This document shows positions 25,049 to 27,021 of a stretch of DNA of 27,021 bases, in pieces; position 1 is the stretch's first letter, and each line of letters opens with the position of its first letter. Origin of the DNA: a virus (Duplodnaviria > Caudoviricetes); the IMG/VR virus record IMGVR_UViG_3300010358_000012, positions 1 to 27,021 of that record; one strand, written 5' to 3'. The notes under the pieces are model-generated. The model was given only the letters and a program-made list of their open reading frames with translations, was not told the DNA's origin and did no database searches. The position numbers and the translations under genes were made by a program.

Positions 25049-26898
25049 CAGAACCTCTCGCGGTGCTCCCTTTGACGGCGGTTCAGCGCCTGGAAGAAGT
25101 TTTGGAACATATGTGAGGTCAGGTCACTCATCGTTTGCGGCGGCCGGTCGCCTTTGACGCTCTCCCAGGTCATGTTGCGCGACACCAGCGGCGTCCGCGT
25201 CCCCACCGAGGGCTCCACCCAGGCCCAGTGCGCCAAGGTCAGCGCCGAGACCAGATCATCGTTCTCCCCGGTGTCCGGTCCAGCCCCCACATAGCCCTGG
25301 TCCTCCACCACCGCCTGCATCTGCTGCACCAGCCGATACGACCGAAACTCCACCCGGCGCAGCATCAGGCTGTCGCGCAGCGCCGAGTAGACCATTAATT
25401 TGTTATCGGAATTTGTCTTCCAGTTGAGGATCGATCCGACACCCCCCATGCTGTCCTGGCGCTTGTAGAGGAACCACCGGACGTTACCGATCATCGCCAA
25501 GATCGGGTCGTCTATCCCGGGTGTCGCATTGAACAGCCCCTGCTCCGCCAGCTGCCTCAGGTTCCTGATCTCGGGCATCACCGCCGCCCCCACCCCGGTC
25601 ACCTCCAGGTTCGCCACATGGGTCCGGTAGGCGCCGCACAGATGCGCCAGAACCCACGCTAATTGATACGTGGTCGGCTTGTTCGCCTGGAATTCGGCGA
25701 CCTGGATGATGCGGTCTGAGTAGCATCTCAGCACCTCCACAGCATGATCGTCAGCATCGCCGCCACCACCGCCAGAAGGGTCGCATCCGATGGCATAAAT
25801 TCCCTCCGGCTCCGGCGGCTCCCACACCCGCAGCATCGCAGTGTCGGTGTCCCGCGTCTGCTCGATCCGGCTGTCGAGGAATTTCTCGGTGAAGTGGTAC
25901 GAGTACGCCTGATAGGGCGGTCCGGCCGCCAGCGCCTCGGCGATCTCCAGGGTACGGGCAGCCGGGAAAAATCCTTGCCCAGACGCAATAAAGCACTCGC
26001 GCTCATGCCAAGGGTAGTGCCTCAACATGTATTCTTCGGGGGAATGTTCCGCTTCCCGACGCCACCACGCAATCTGCTCGGGCTTCACCGTGTAGCCGTA
26101 CTGCTGCTTCACGTAGCGCGCCCTGGTGACCTCCTCCTCGGTCAGGTGGCCGTCCCACCACACCTTGAACTCGGGGTCCGTCTTCGGGATCGAATAGGTA
26201 GGATTGGCCCAAAAACCGATGAAAATGAACTTCATCCGCCGGTCGGTCTTGGCTTGCTGACAGAAATGGTACCACCAGTTGAACCCGTTTGCGACCGACT
26301 CCCACAGGTACAATCTGTGTGGATTCTGGCGCGCCAGCGCCGCCTTCAGGCTCTCCACCCCAGCCAGCGATCGCCACAAACTGCACTCCGTCGCGTGCAT
26401 CATATTAAGTGCTCGTGAAGCACCCAGATCAGGGTTATTGGCCGCCGCAAGTAAATCGATCACCGACCGGTTGGAGAACATCAAACCGTTACGGTTGTTC
26501 TGGATGATCCGATGTTCCGGGCCTCGCCACTCAGGCGGTAGCGTTTCCAACAGGTTAGCGAAGATCCTTCGGAGCCGCTCCAAATTGTCGGTGCGGTCCG
26601 CGATGATCGCTCCCTGGACACCCTCGTTGGCCAGCGCCCAGAACAATTCTATCACGGAACAGGTGGTCGTGATCGCGACCTGCCTGCACTTCAAAACCAC
26701 GAACTCGTGGACCCCCTCCTGGAGCCCCTTGGCGACCGCGTCGATGACCAGCTTCTGGGACGGCCACGCGGTGACGTGAGTGCGGCCCTGCTCCTTGGTG
26801 TCGATCTCGACCGCGTTCAGCAGGTCGTAGATCCCCTGGCGGATCGTCGGCACCCCAAAAACCCCCAAAATCGGTTGCCTATCGCCGCCTGTTACCAC
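25048..26898 (-). CDS. terL: Terminase large subunit
   Basis: Walker A-like VVLKCRQVAITT, Walker B MHATE, motif III ESVANG, RNase H-like GCDPSGGG..D, NDDLVSA; start may be GTG 26853. Confidence 0.92.
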   Translation of the reverse strand: MVTGGDRQPILGVFGVPTIRQGIYDLLNAVEIDTKEQGRTHVTAWPSQKLVIDAVAKGLQEGVHEFVVLKCRQVAITTTCSVIELFWALANEGVQGAIIADRTDNLERLRRIFANLLETLPPEWRGPEHRIIQNNRNGLMFSNRSVIDLLAAANNPDLGASRALNMMHATECSLWRSLAGVESLKAALARQNPHRLYLWESVANGFNWWYHFCQQAKTDRRMKFIFIGFWANPTYSIPKTDPEFKVWWDGHLTEEEVTRARYVKQQYGYTVKPEQIAWWRREAEHSPEEYMLRHYPWHERECFIASGQGFFPAARTLEIAEALAAGPPYQAYSYHFTEKFLDSRIEQTRDTDTAMLRVWEPPEPEGIYAIGCDPSGGGGGDADDHAVEVLRCYSDRIIQVAEFQANKPTTYQLAWVLAHLCGAYRTHVANLEVTGVGAAVMPEIRNLRQLAEQGLFNATPGIDDPILAMIGNVRWFLYKRQDSMGGVGSILNWKTNSDNKLMVYSALRDSLMLRRVEFRSYRLVQQMQAVVEDQGYVGAGPDTGENDDLVSALTLAHWAWVEPSVGTRTPLVSRNMTWESVKGDRPPQTMSDLTSHMFQNFFQALNRRQREHRERF

Positions 26899-27021
26899 AG
26901 TCCCCCCGTTCCTCCCACCGGTTCGGGCCGCGGGGCGGCTTGCCTGCCCCCTCCAACCGTGGCCGCGGCGGGCCTCAGAGGGGGCCTACACGCCGCCTAG
27001 GCCTCGCCCCCCTCCCTCGCC

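Larger units (their letters stand above)
1..27021. mobile_element. Tailed bacteriophage/prophage genome segment (podovirus-like morphogenesis module plus early/accessory module)
   Basis: Ordered terminase, portal, scaffold, capsid, adaptor, nozzle and ejection genes; RecT/exonuclease pair; tightly packed genes with ATGA/GTGA overlaps; no host housekeeping genes. Confidence 0.95.

Noticed and set aside
8623-26779. Numerous plus-strand ORFs opposite the structural genes
   Set aside because: Shadow ORFs typical of high-GC DNA; no motifs, and fully antisense to well-supported genes
26990-27021. Terminal repeat or att site (cctccct near the end is the reverse complement of agggagg at 1-7)
   Set aside because: Only 7 nt and explained by Shine-Dalgarno-like sequence; no direct terminal repeat, integrase or tRNA seen

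Overview
GC-rich tailed-phage (podovirus-like) genome segment. The minus strand from 8045 to 26898 is a morphogenesis module: large terminase, portal, scaffold, major capsid, four paralogous small capsid-associated proteins, adaptor, tail nozzle, GNAT-like protein, three probable ejection proteins (one with a lytic transglycosylase domain), a VRR-NUC nuclease and several tiny Arg-rich peptides. The left part has a PAPS-reductase-like plus DpdA/TGT-like pair (probable DNA modification), a RecT plus lambda-exonuclease recombination module, and a leftward operon headed by an XRE-type HTH gene. The main finding is in that operon. A stand-alone RAMP/Cas7-like gene (3990-4706) and a 150-aa partner (3541-3993) are followed directly by an ~860-nt non-coding array of GGC-NN pentamers in strict 5-nt register, divided into 18 units by GGCA tetramers. 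This looks like a phage-encoded RNA-guided system whose guides carry their information in the variable dinucleotides, not a canonical CRISPR array. No integrase, replication genes, small terminase, endolysin or tail fibre could be recognised, so the genome is probably incomplete here. All family calls come from motif recognition by eye, not database searches.
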